Positions 1 to 11,604 of a DNA stretch of 64,000 nt are shown here, piece after piece. The position numbers and the translations under genes are program-made. The stretch covers positions 6,486,597 to 6,550,596 of the forward strand of contig NW_002060946.1 in NCBI RefSeq assembly GCF_000150275.1, in the 5' to 3' direction. The notes below the pieces were generated by a model. That model did no database searches. It worked only from the letters and a program-made list of their open reading frames with translations, and was not told the DNA's origin. Source of the DNA: Trichoplax adhaerens (lineage: Eukaryota > Animalia > Placozoa). Within the stretch, counting starts at the first letter, position 1, and every line of letters starts with the position of its first letter.

Positions 1-1790
1 CGATAGTTTTTATTCGAAGTATCACAATTAAAGTAAGAAAGGTCAAGGTGAAATTAGACTATAAAGCTATACTGTAAATCAGCAGATATTGCGTCACTTT
101 TTTATAGTTAGGCTTCTTAGACTATAATGAATGTAAGTAATACGAGTAATAACCAATTGACTGCTAAAAGTAGCTATAACCTCAATTTTAAGTACAAAGA
201 ATTTTTGATGATTAAATTCATTGAATTAGCCCCTTATTGCCGGGCTATTGGCTTTGAAACTACGCTGCCTGATATCGCCTTCGAGTAAAAAGATAGCGAT
301 TGAATGAGCGACACCGGAGGAATCATGATTGCAGTATCAAATCTCGCTATTTTTAAACAAAATGTCGATACAACAATTAAGTAACAATTATGAAAATCAT
401 ATCACCTCACGGAAATTAAATATTTATAAGATGCTATAGAGTGAAGAATGAATTAAGCCATATCGATCGTTGAGCATTGTTGAAGCTCTATCTATTCTAC
501 TGGTCTAGTTAAGAAATAAGAAATACGAGAATTTTCACAGCAGCTGTAGCGGTCTATCTAACTGAAGGCGCGATATTTGATTTATTTTTGATATAGCAAA
601 GGTCAGCATGATCACCGTGCTGAAGCTAGACTAATATTGCGTTATTACACCTTTGAGTGAGATGATATGCATTAAAATAATCAATAGGCTTCATCAGGAG
701 CTGATCATTTTAGCCCAAATCAAGGGATGCTTAAATCGGTTTAAAAAGTACGATTGATCTATTGATCGAATTAGAACGAAACGTAGATCATAAATGTATT
801 CCATGTATTCGTATGTAATCCATCTGTTGTAGTTGAAAGATCTCGATCATATCGTACAAAATCGACGTCATAAAACTGTGTACGCTAGAAGATTATAATG
901 TAGATCAAATTCAACCTTAGATCATCCAATGGTTCATTCATTGTAAACCTAGAACTGCAATACAGTCCATTTCGGTAGTTTTGCAATCTATCAATGAACT
1001 TCATAACTTTGTCAATGTCTGCAATGATTATTTAACTCGCGCCTGGTGGTAGATGTGGCCCCGAAATAACTCAATTACGCTAGTGGTTATTACACTGGCA
1101 ATGAACAGAACATGACCCGACTTTGAAGTCATCTTATTAACTGCATAACCAATGTTGAAAGTGACTCTTAACAAGTAATTATCGAATAAAGCTTTGGAAG
1201 GACTTTACTTTAAATAAATAGTATCAGTTTGGTAGAATAGTCTGTTTTTGTCAGGCCACAAAGAATCCGTTATCAGCAAGAGCAATTGTGAACGATCCTA
1301 TTTTCACGTCGGATTAGAATTCATGCATCACAATATTCTGTGAAGGAGTAGGATGATAAAAAAATCCTGTAATTTGCATCGATTACGTGAATCCTATTGA
1401 TGGACCACTTTCTTCGATATTAGCTGAGCCTTTAAAATAGAGAGTACAATCGTAACAACCAGCTAGGAGATTCGGTGGGGGGGGGGGGAAGCTGAAGGTA
1501 TGCAGGATGCCAGATAATTACAGTTTGTGGACGATTTGACAGTGGTATCATTGTTTGTTGTTTGCTATTGGTTGTTGAAAAAATCTTCCACTATTTTATG
1601 TGGCCGTTTAGTCAAGAAAATTTCTATCCATAACGTTAGCAGCATCCTCTATGTCAAGCCAGATTGCTAATCATAATTATATATACAAGAAATGATCTCT
1701 GTAATCACCTCTGACGAATAAACTATCTAGAATAGGGAATGCAATGGATCACTTATCTCGTATTGAACGCAATCCGAGTATGCCATCAAT

Positions 1791-2122
1791 GAATGGATTT
1801 TAGTCAATTATTATTGCATAGAGAAGCAAGATAGACTTGATCAATTTCAATTTGTGAATCAGTAGAATATAGAGTATACTGTACATACAGTAAATAGACG
1901 AATGGATTTTAGTCAATCCTTATTGCATAGAGAAGCAAGATAGACTTGATCAATTTCAATTTGAGAATCAGTACAATATAGAGTGTACTGTGCATACAGT
2001 ACAGTAAATAGACAAATGGATTTTAGTCAATTCTTATTGCATAGAGAAGTAAGATAGACTTGATCAATTTCAATTTGTGAATCAGTAGAATATAGAGTAT
2101 ACTGTGCATACAGTAAATAGAC
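1791..2122. repeat. Tandem repeat, 3 copies of a ~109-114 bp unit
   Basis: The unit (g/a)aatggattttagtcaat...catacagtaaatagac starts at 1791, 1900 and 2014, with few substitutions and one 5-bp TACAG insertion. Confidence 0.95.
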
Positions 2123-2278
2123 TCTTGGTCTTGATATACCCATTTTTAAAATGGTAGTTGATAGAACAATTTCAAGGTTGGCTAGCGTTTGCTATACGCT
2201 TGGCCGATATCCTTCAAATTGCAATAGGCTGTCAAGCAATCGGATATGGTCGACATTCTTCATAGTGTGTCTATGTTG

Positions 2279-2381
2279 CGGCCATTCCTTAGGCTGATTT
2301 TGTCCTTCAGATTGATGATTGCAGTCTTCGCCTTGGCCGTGACCAATCTTTGAAGGACAAAATCAGTCTTGGGAATGGCCG
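2279..2381 (+). other. Long imperfect inverted repeat (hairpin, ~35-bp stem)
   Basis: cggccattccttaggctgattttgtccttca pairs with tgaaggacaaaatcagtcttgggaatggccg. Two of the three deviations are G:U on the + strand, and the stem continues gattg/caatc. Confidence 0.85.
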
Positions 2382-2741
2382 ATTCCGTTCATGGACCGTG
2401 CCATATTCTACAGTAGACAGTACAACAAGCATGGAACATGTTCGGTATTATTGATTGATTTTCCTTCAGGCCGGTTTCAGCCAAAATAGGAGCATGCAAT
2501 AGTTGCTTTCTATCCACTGATGTAGAAAATCGTTTGCACAGTTTTCAACACTTCAATATGAACTCAATCATCATTGGATGCTGTAAGGTGTTTGTGTGAG
2601 ATCGATGCAAACTCTTCTTCTTCTTGTCCACTCAGACAGATCGTCCATTTTGTTTGGTTTTCCATGTTGTCTTCAATCGTCTGTAGTATCCTATTGAGAA
2701 GTGACAGTCGTCTTGGCGTCGATCCGTACGCTTACTCGTGG

Positions 2742-2877
2742 TACTGTACAGTGTACAGTACGACTAGCTCGTTGGTGGGAACAATTCTACACTGTACAGT
2801 ACTGTACCATAGTGTACAGTGTACAGTACTACAGTTTACCGTACTGTACCGTAGTACAGTTTGGACTGTACTGTAAG
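2742..2877. repeat. GTAC-core low-complexity array (TACTG/TACAG/ACTGTAC)
   Basis: Dense run such as tactgtacagtgtacagtac...actgtacagtactgtacc; it generates the spurious YSTV/TVQY ORFs in the track. Confidence 0.9.
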
Positions 2878-2882
2878 CAGAA

Positions 2883-3157
2883 ATGTCTGCGGGTTTCCCT
2901 ATTCAGAAGTTTCGAATAGTGGCACACAGGTAAAACGCCAATCGAACAGGCAAATAAAGAGAAACTCTTTTCCTTAGTTAGCAACAAAGCAAGTGGAAAG
3001 TATTGTACACCGTCTAGTATAGTACACCCATGGACAGTACGGTGCCGTGGTAGGGTTTTTAGGCTGGGATGTCTGCGGGTTTCCCGAATCAGAATTGGGT
3101 ATTGAAGGGACACACAAGGATACAAGCCCAATCGAACAGGTTAAGAGAAACTCTTTT
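2883..3157. repeat. Two diverged copies of an 89-bp element (2883-2971 and 3069-3157)
   Basis: Shared blocks atgtctgcgggtttccc, cacac, ccaatcgaacagg and aagagaaactctttt; the first and last blocks are offset by 186 bp. Confidence 0.85.
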
Positions 3158-3829
3158 GGTCACCGGCATAAGTAAGTTGTTTTGCAGGGAGAGGAAGGAA
3201 AAGAGAATGGGGGGGGGGGGTGATCCATTTTGGACACTACCATAGAAGTCGAGTACTGTACCGTATAGTACACGCTATATCTTGCAACTATACGCGTAGT
3301 ACAGTACCGTATTGTAGTGAGTATTGTAGCGTAAAGGAGGCACCGGTGGGCAACATGTTGGGAATGAAAGAGAATTTGCAGTACCGCACACTGCGTGTTG
3401 GAAAAAGTAAAGTCACTGATCTGTCTTCTCTTTGCCAGTGTAGCCATTGCATTCCAAGGCCGCTGATAGTGACATCAATTTGACGAGCGAATGGCACTGG
3501 CGTACAGTACGAATCCAATGGACCGTCGCCGACTTGGAAATGACATCCAGTAGATTCCCATCATTGGTACAGTACATGCTGACGTCACAAACGCCATGAC
3601 ACCACAGTACGGTACGCCTGATTACCATTGGTACAATACCAATGGCAGACGACATGCCTGGGTACAATACCGTTCTTGACGGTCAAATCACAACCGCCTG
3701 GCGCGCTAACCCTGGTCTCATTCTTGTCTCCACGCCAACATAACTTACTATAGTCTACATGACGGTTTTCATGTGCAGAACCACTTGCAACCCCCCCCCC
3801 TAGACTCCAGGCTGTCCGTCTCACGTCGC

Positions 3830-3946
3830 CGTACAGACCGTACAATACAGTCATGAAGGAAAGTAAAAGAAAGCGTACCGTACTGTACTTTACCGTAACG
3901 TACTGTACCGTAACGTACTGTACCGTAACGGACCGTACCGTAACGG
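3830..3946. repeat. GTAC-core array including a 15-bp minisatellite (taccgtaacgtactg, ~4 copies)
   Basis: taccgtaacgtactg taccgtaacgtactg taccgtaacggaccg taccgtaacgg at 3891-3946; upstream of a likely VPS72 5'UTR donor (gtaagt at ~4074). Confidence 0.85.
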
Positions 3947-4722
3947 GCCTAAAGGAAAAAAGTATAAAAACATCACTAGGGCCCGGCAAGCGTTGCATTC
4001 AATTTCCGCAATACCTGGAGAAGGAGAGTTGGCCATTACCTGCAGTGGACTGAGCGCCTTTCCGTTTGGGGAAGTAAGTAGGATAGAGAGTAAATGTTGT
4101 TTTGAAGACCCGATGGAGCAGATTGCAAGGACGGTCATCAGCCTACGATAGCAAGTTGGTTGCATTTGCAAATGATACCAGACTCCTTGCTCACTGACTT
4201 GACCTTGCACTTTTGACTTTCACCTCAGTTGATCAACAATGACTGACGATCATCATGTTATGAGGATGATTATCATTCACTTCATCATGATTACTACGGT
4301 ACTGCAACACTTTGGACAAGGAGATGAGTTGGTGTTTTCCACTAAATCATCTCTAAAACATCAACCATAACTCAATTGGACAGCGAGATACAAGGAGTGT
4401 ACACTGTACACTCTATCCCCATGCAGTGTTAAGTACAGTACTCGTAATCGTGTTGGAGAGTGCACCACTTGACCATGACCGAGATAAAATGGTTATTTTG
4501 CAATCTTATCCTTCGTGGCCATTCCAATGGCATCAAACCAACAGTGGCAATAGTTGACGACGCAATAATGTCTTCTATTGTCATGTTGTAGTGGACTATT
4601 GCAGCATTCAGCTATTCATTAGCTTGACTCTGACATAACGTTAGTGCTTCCATTGTCTATCGTAAACTAATCATTAATTCATTCATCAATCACAATCATC
4701 CAAGTGGCTCGTAACATTTTCT

Positions 4723-5094
4723 CATCACTTGCGAACTACCACGCCAGTCATGATACAACATCCATTGCCATTCCCATGGTAGATCATGATAGAGTAGACG
4801 ATTCTAGCTAGTAACGTGTCAATAGTTTAAATCGTAATAGCATCATAAGTACAATAGTCGAGTAGGTAGTGTTATTATTGTCAATCGTAGTCGATGCCAC
4901 TATTTCACCATCACTTGCTAACGATGACTGGAGTCATGATACAACATCCATTGCCATTCCAATGGTAGGACATGATAGAGTAGACAATTCTAGTAACGTG
5001 TCAATAGTTTAGATCGTGATAGCATGATAAGTAGAATAGTCGAGTAGGTAGTGTTATTATTGTCAATCGTTGTGATCGATGTCACTATTTCACC
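4723..5094. repeat. Tandem duplication, 2 x 186 bp
   Basis: catcacttgc...gtcatgatacaacatccattgccattcc...cactatttcacc starts at 4723 and 4909. Confidence 0.95.
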
Positions 5095-5258
5095 TCTCAG
5101 CTATCAATATACTTGACTCTTGCCGATTCTACTTGCTTACTTCTTGGGTAGACCAATGATATCAGCTAGGCGGTGAACAACGCTTTGTCGTCATTGCTAG
5201 GCGAGAAGTAATGATACCATATACTCTATATGTATTCACTTAATAGACAGTTGTCGTG

Positions 5259-6588
5259 ATGGCATCTAACCGTAGCCAACGCAGCAATGCTGGTAACCGA
5301 ATGTCAAGGTTAATCGATGAAGAAGCAGAAGAGGACGAATTTTATGAAACTGCTTTCGGTGGATTCCAAGAAGAATCTGATGATGAAAAGTATGATACTG
5401 AGGAATCAGAGGAAGATGTTGCCGATTCCGACATTGATGCTAGTGAACACTCAGAACAAGAAGATGCTAGTAGTGACGATTCCCAACCACGAAAAAAACG
5501 CAAAAAGGTAAAAAAAACCTTATAGCATCTGTAATCATTTCCTGTATGCGTCTATCTTGACGCCAAGGAGATAATATTACTAACGGTAATGCATGTACAA
5601 TTCATGATGATCGTTATCCATGGAATGATGGTAAAATAATGATACAATTTTATCTATCAATCATATTCAATTGGTACTGTGTGTCATCACCATTATAATT
5701 TATCGATCTCCAAATACTTCCAATAAAATGTAGATTGTCATTGCTGCTGTTGCGCGTGATAAAAACAACACAACCAAGGTCGGCCAGAAACGTGAACGCA
5801 AAGTCATCGCATCAACTAGTACGGTAGATACTGACGAAGGTACCAGTCGATCTGTACGAAAGTCAAAGCGTTCAGCAACCATGGTGCAAAGCCAAGAATT
5901 TCTAAAACGCATGAAAGATCGTGATGGCAAAGAAGTCAAACAATCTATTAAGAAATCACAAGATTCACGACCTTTAACTCAGAAGGAATTACTGGAAGAA
6001 GCTAAAGAAACAGAAAAAGCTAATCTTGCGTCTTTACGTGAATATCAAGAATCTGAGAAAGAAAAAAGGGCTACCAAAGTTATTCGAAGGAAACTACTTT
6101 ATCCCTTCGTTCGGTATCAGTCCATCACTATGCCAGATGTGGATCTCCAACCGAATGGTGATCAGAATGACAATAATAACACACTACAGTCTGACCAGTC
6201 ATTGAATGAGTCATCTAAAAATCATGTAGAAGTTACTGCAGATAGTCATGATCATAATTACAACAAGAAATCAATCAAGAAAGAGGAATACGTTATTCCT
6301 GTAACAACCAAAAAGTACTCTCGTAATTTTATCACATTTACCGATACCAGCAAATATCCTTCAACTTATTTCCCCGTTGCTACGTTATCGACCGAAGCAA
6401 AACCACCTATATGCCCAGTAACGAACCTACCTGCTCGTTATATCGACCCTGCAACCTTAATACCCTATGCTACATTGGATGCTTTCAAAATTATCCGTGA
6501 AGCGGCTCAATCATGTGCTAATACTATCAAGGAGGAAACGAAAGAGATACAACCTGTAATTGCTAGCTTACATACTGGCGCACAATAG
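5259..6588 (+). CDS. VPS72: Vacuolar protein sorting 72 / YL1 (H2A.Z chaperone of SRCAP/p400); exons 5259-5507 and 5734-6588
   Basis: N-terminus NAGNRMSRLIDEEAEEDEFYETAFGGFQEESDDEKY, central LTQKELLEEAKETEKANLASL, and C-terminal YL1_C motif CPVTNLPARYIDPATLIPYATLDAFKIIRE. A phase-0 GT-AG intron (5508-5733) joins the two ORFs. Confidence 0.95.
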
Positions 6589-9500
6589 CAACTTTGTTGC
6601 CCAGAATTGAATTAGAAACACTTTCTCCTTTCCGTTATACAAGATATCATAGCTTTATTGATGCCATATTATTACTCTTGTCAACAACCATAGTAGAAAT
6701 AATAGTCATTGGCTTGAATCGTTAATTATCAACGAGGAAGTGGCACTGCTGTTCGCTTACGTTGTGAACTATGAAAATATCGAAATCTCAATTCAACTAG
6801 GTTCTATATTGTATTGATGATACTTAAGTTATTGTAATATACGTAATGTACAGTTATATGCTATACTTACATTACCAAGTCAGTTACAACACAAAGAGTA
6901 CGTAGCTTAAACTAAGGAATCTTTTATTTTTCAATCAATCACTGCTTTGGTAATAGATTGCGAAAAGTTGATTCATTTTTCCTACATGTATGTTTGAAAG
7001 TTTGTTGACTGTATTGGTAAAGTAGTTATTAATATAGTTACAATCGAAGAATCATAATTGTACAATGCAACGTTGATAACCAAAGTCAAACGCTTGAATA
7101 ATTAGTTGATGCGATGTACATTGTAATCGAACGCGAACGATATATTGACCTGTAAACTTGTGAATGAGTGCCTAATGTGTATCTCATTAGCTTCGATTAC
7201 TATAGATGATAAAACAATAAAACATTTTTGGTTAATGATTAATACTTTTTAGAAATACTTTGCGACAGATGATGCTAAGCGAATTTCAGAATGTACTATA
7301 TCCAAAATGTAATTGTTTGATATAAAGAGATAGCTTTGATCTGTAATTTATTGGATTATGCATAATAAATGAGATAGAAAGCTTCATAAATAGATTGCGT
7401 GTTTGCTGTTACCGGTATTTGATATTTGCTCCATCGATGTGGGATGAAGAAATAACTGTATAAAATAGTAGCATTTTACAATATTTGTTTTAATTATACT
7501 TAAAATGTTTTAAGCCAAATACTACCATACAATGAAAAATTGCCTCATTAAAACAATTCTATCGATTTCATATTGCTCATAAACAAATTTAATTATATGA
7601 ATATCGAAATCATGAAGCCATGATATAGAACCTTATCCAGGATAGAATTGTAAAGTGGGAAAAATTTATTGGGGTTGTTCAAGAGATGGTTCAAGAGATT
7701 AATCCCATAATTCAATTGATCTATTTACACTACTCGTAATCCGATTCTTTGTTGCAACACGTTTTTGCGCCTCAATATACTGGATTGGCTATTACGAGTA
7801 TCCTCCAAAATTAAATTATTATTTGTTATTATTTTCTCCTGCCGTCAGCTCGTTGTACATTCCATTCCTATAACTGGAATAGATATATTGGATCATCTAT
7901 ATTAAAATAAAAATAATTTACGCGTAGACGATGATTGTCGACTACCTAAATCGTTAGGAATTGTCCTACAAAATTATTTTTTCGAAAGAATGGATGCATT
8001 TATCACCAACAAAATTATCTTTTGCAATAACATCTGGGAGAGAACATTATTTCAAGATGCAAAGCTGTGGGAAGAGCAATGGCTTAGTAGGTGCATCGTA
8101 TCTTATGCTATAAGAAGCAAAAGGGCCTTTATAGTGAGAAGGCGCTAATTGCAGCCCACGGGAACTTATTGCGTTTTACAATTGTAGCCCGTAACTTAAT
8201 GCCTAATTTGTATAGCTCGATAAGGAAGCTCTGATAGCACTCCAAACATGAACGTTATATCTTTCAATTCAATAAGATGCGGCTACTGGTACCGTACTGA
8301 ATCAAAATATTCTTAAATAAATATTATAAGATGCGCATTTAAGATCTTGCTATTTCATTATTATCTTTAAAGTTTCTCTGAAAGACAATTAATAAATCGA
8401 TAGTCTACATACTGTAGATCTGGAATTATTATTTCTCTTAATGAGTTATCCTTTATGAGCAAGATTACAATGCCTTACACAGCAACAATATTAATACTAA
8501 TATTGCGATACCTATGGTACATTGATTACTTAATCAAATAATCAAATTTACTGTTAGCAAACATGCAAAATACTAAAATTTAACTGATCAGGAAAATAAA
8601 TGTTATAGCATCTTATGCACATTTATCATGGGCAAAAATTAGTGAGCTCATTCAAGTCTACGGTATGATTACATAATTTATTTATAAATTCGTCGACTGT
8701 TATAATTTAACTTAAGAAAAATGGAATAGTTTCAACTCAAACTACCCAAAGGTATGATATTAACACTAAAATGTGTAACATAGTCATCGTACGATCATTT
8801 ACTTAATAAGAGGAGTATTATTATCAGAGAATATAAAAATGGAACTTTTAATTAGATAAAACAACGTGCCTTAAGACAATGAATCAGCATTGAATGATAG
8901 ACGACGTACTTATAGAATACCAATATCCAGATTTAGTGATCTGCTAGTGGTTATAAAGGTGTAAGAAAGTTATATAATCTCAATTTACTTCTATAGGCAC
9001 TACAGGATTACATGTGTTTAGATTGTATGCTCTTAGTTGTTTCCGTGATGATTATTATGTTGTCCATGAAATACATCAACAATTTATATTTCTATCTAGA
9101 AAGATTAGATCGCGATCCGTTGCAGTATTGACAGTTATATAACTCCATTATATTATGTAATAGACGATCACCATCGTTATTTGTTTCCGATCTTATCAAC
9201 TATTTTAGATGAGAATTGCTTATTACATTTATATAATAAGAAGCTAATCGATTAGGAGAAGTTCATAACTAAATCGTTTTATATTCCATATAATGATTAC
9301 ATATTAGCAATACCATAACGAGCTTGCACGATTCTTCAAATCTAAGCTGCTATCGTATATGCGGCCAATGAATGGTCGCTAGGTTTTAAAATAGACTTTT
9401 AATGTGTTTTTCCCAATTGCAAAACCTGAGCATAGTTTCGAAGTTCTACATTAACGGTATCTTTTCTCTCATGATCCAATTGATCCAGACCAAGGCGTAT

Positions 9501-11341
9501 TCTTTTACTGTCAAAAATTAATAATTCTTAGATCATCGTTCATACTGCGATACAGCGTTACTATAGTAACCAAGTGCACCTGTTCAAACCAGCCCAACTA
9601 TGACAACTATATTTTCAAATCCTACCAATTCCAAGTATTGTGTCAGCATACTAGTACATATGCTCTATCTAAAATACATTTTCATTCAATAGATATAAAA
9701 AAATTATTGACTATGGATAATATCATATTGATTGGATAGCCTGGAACAAATCAAGAACAATGAATAACAGATGAAAGTATAGAGTAGAAAGGCTCCAATT
9801 TAGAACTACCGACTCTGTCAATATCAGTATACAATATCCATGGATTCATTGTCCATTATGTTCATTCTATAAAGAATGATGATCATTATTTTTTTTAAGC
9901 CAATGATATCATAATCAACGTTATATTGAATAGAAAGAGAAATACGTACCTTAAAAAAGTGATTTACTGTTGGCTATTTTTTTCTCCCTCTGGTAATCTG
10001 AAATCAAGAAAATATATCATTCATATTGATCATGATTTTTATCAAGATATCATGCTATACCTGAAGACAACCTACGTTCGTGGTATAATAGTCAATCAAG
10101 ACTGTTCCATCCTTGCAAGAATATAAAATATTTTAATACCTTAAAGATTCTTTTATTATCTAGATGTTTAATCCTTCGTCTAGACGTTAACTGATGTTAT
10201 AAAAACAAGTTTGTCATCCATCGCCAAAAACATTAAAAAATTACAAATTGAATAAATCAAGCAGCCATATTCTATCGAACTCACTTTTGCTCAAACTTAC
10301 AACTAAAGGTAAAATAGATAATAGTAAGTCTTATTTCGTAATTTATGAAATGTTGTAATAGAATAATATATAGTCTTAATTTGAAACTTATGACTTTCTA
10401 ATATCTTAATAAAACAGTAGAATAATTAACTACATGACTAAGATAATTTAGATCAACTTCTAAGAGTCAGTAAAATGTTAAGCACAGTCCATACCTTAAA
10501 GAATATAAGTTAGATGATTTTAATTATTGTCCAGCATAAGCTGCTCTAACAGCAAATATGATCGTGCTACTATATGATTTACTTGGACATCAATAATTAT
10601 TTTTACTCTCTAGAAAATGGTATTTAAGTAGCTTAATAATCTCAATATTAAAGAGGCTTATGTCTGATTTAGTCAATCATCAAAGCCCGATTCGATGATC
10701 GTTAGCAATAATTAATTGATTGATTAAAGTAATACAGCGGATTTGATGACTTTTTTTAATTTCAATAACTTTTATGTTCCTTCTATTGCTTCAATTTTAT
10801 TTATTTTGTTCCCCATCTAAGCATCATAATAACTATAATTTTCTAACTTATTACTGAATTACTTTGATGCTTTAAGAGTTTTGAAGTAAAATATTGGTGA
10901 CTATATGAAGTTTTTAAAAGTTATTAAGAAAGCTACGGCCCGTAATAATATACTTAGTGAAGGTTAATACTTAAACTCTGTTTTACTGTAATTATCCTCT
11001 ATTATATAACGGGAATTAGAGGATTGCTGAGCCTATTTAATCACTTTAAAATTATTTTAGGGTATTTTCCACAGGGTTTAACTCCAGACATAATATGACA
11101 ATGATTTAAGAATTATTCTGACGATTTTCATTAAATATCTAGTTATAGGTGATTACAAATAACACAAATTGTCAGTGATCATAAGAATATGCTAACAGTT
11201 CTCTACTACATTCACGTTATGGCTACGATGTATTCTGGATTTATTCTATTTAATACCGGTATAAATTAGCATCAAATTAAAATCAGCGTTTATCTTTTTC
11301 GTTGCATTATTCGATCGTTCTTTATAAGCCAGGATTGCCTA

Positions 11342-11604
11342 AGAGTTTTTATATTATACCACATTTTATCGTCATTTATGTGTTGATAAGATTAACTGTA
11401 ACTTACCAAAAAGAGCTTTCACCCCCTCATAGATAAATTGCTCTAATTATTTTTGCCATTTATAGTTTAAAGAGAGTTTTTATAATGCAACACATTTTAT
11501 CGTCATTTGTACGTTGGTAAGATTAAATATTACTTACTAGAAAGAGTTTTCACTTTCCTGACCGATAAATTACTCTAGTTATTTTGTTACTTAGAATTTA
11601 AAGA
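11342..11604. repeat. Diverged tandem duplication, ~131 bp unit
   Basis: agagtttttata...cacattttatcgtcattt...taagattaa...acttac...gataaatt.ctcta starts at 11342 and 11473. Confidence 0.8.

Noticed and set aside
1791-2122. CRISPR-like array (also considered for 2883-3157 and 20389-20795)
   Set aside because: The units are whole-length tandem duplications without unique spacers, the context is eukaryotic, and no cas genes are present.
3434-3501. Hairpin gccagt..gccatt / aatggc-actggc as a SECIS element or ncRNA
   Set aside because: The stem is short, there is no AUGA/GA quartet, and it is not in a 3'UTR.
3706-3713. CTAACCCT as a possible telomerase RNA template
   Set aside because: It is only an 8-mer; no convincing pseudoknot, CR4/5 or H/ACA domain follows on the same strand.
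2574-4210. Cluster of short ORFs rich in Y/C/T/V/S/Q (also at 20218-20537 and 58176-59145)
   Set aside because: These are translations of the GTAC-core repeats, which lack stops in several frames; there is no domain signal.
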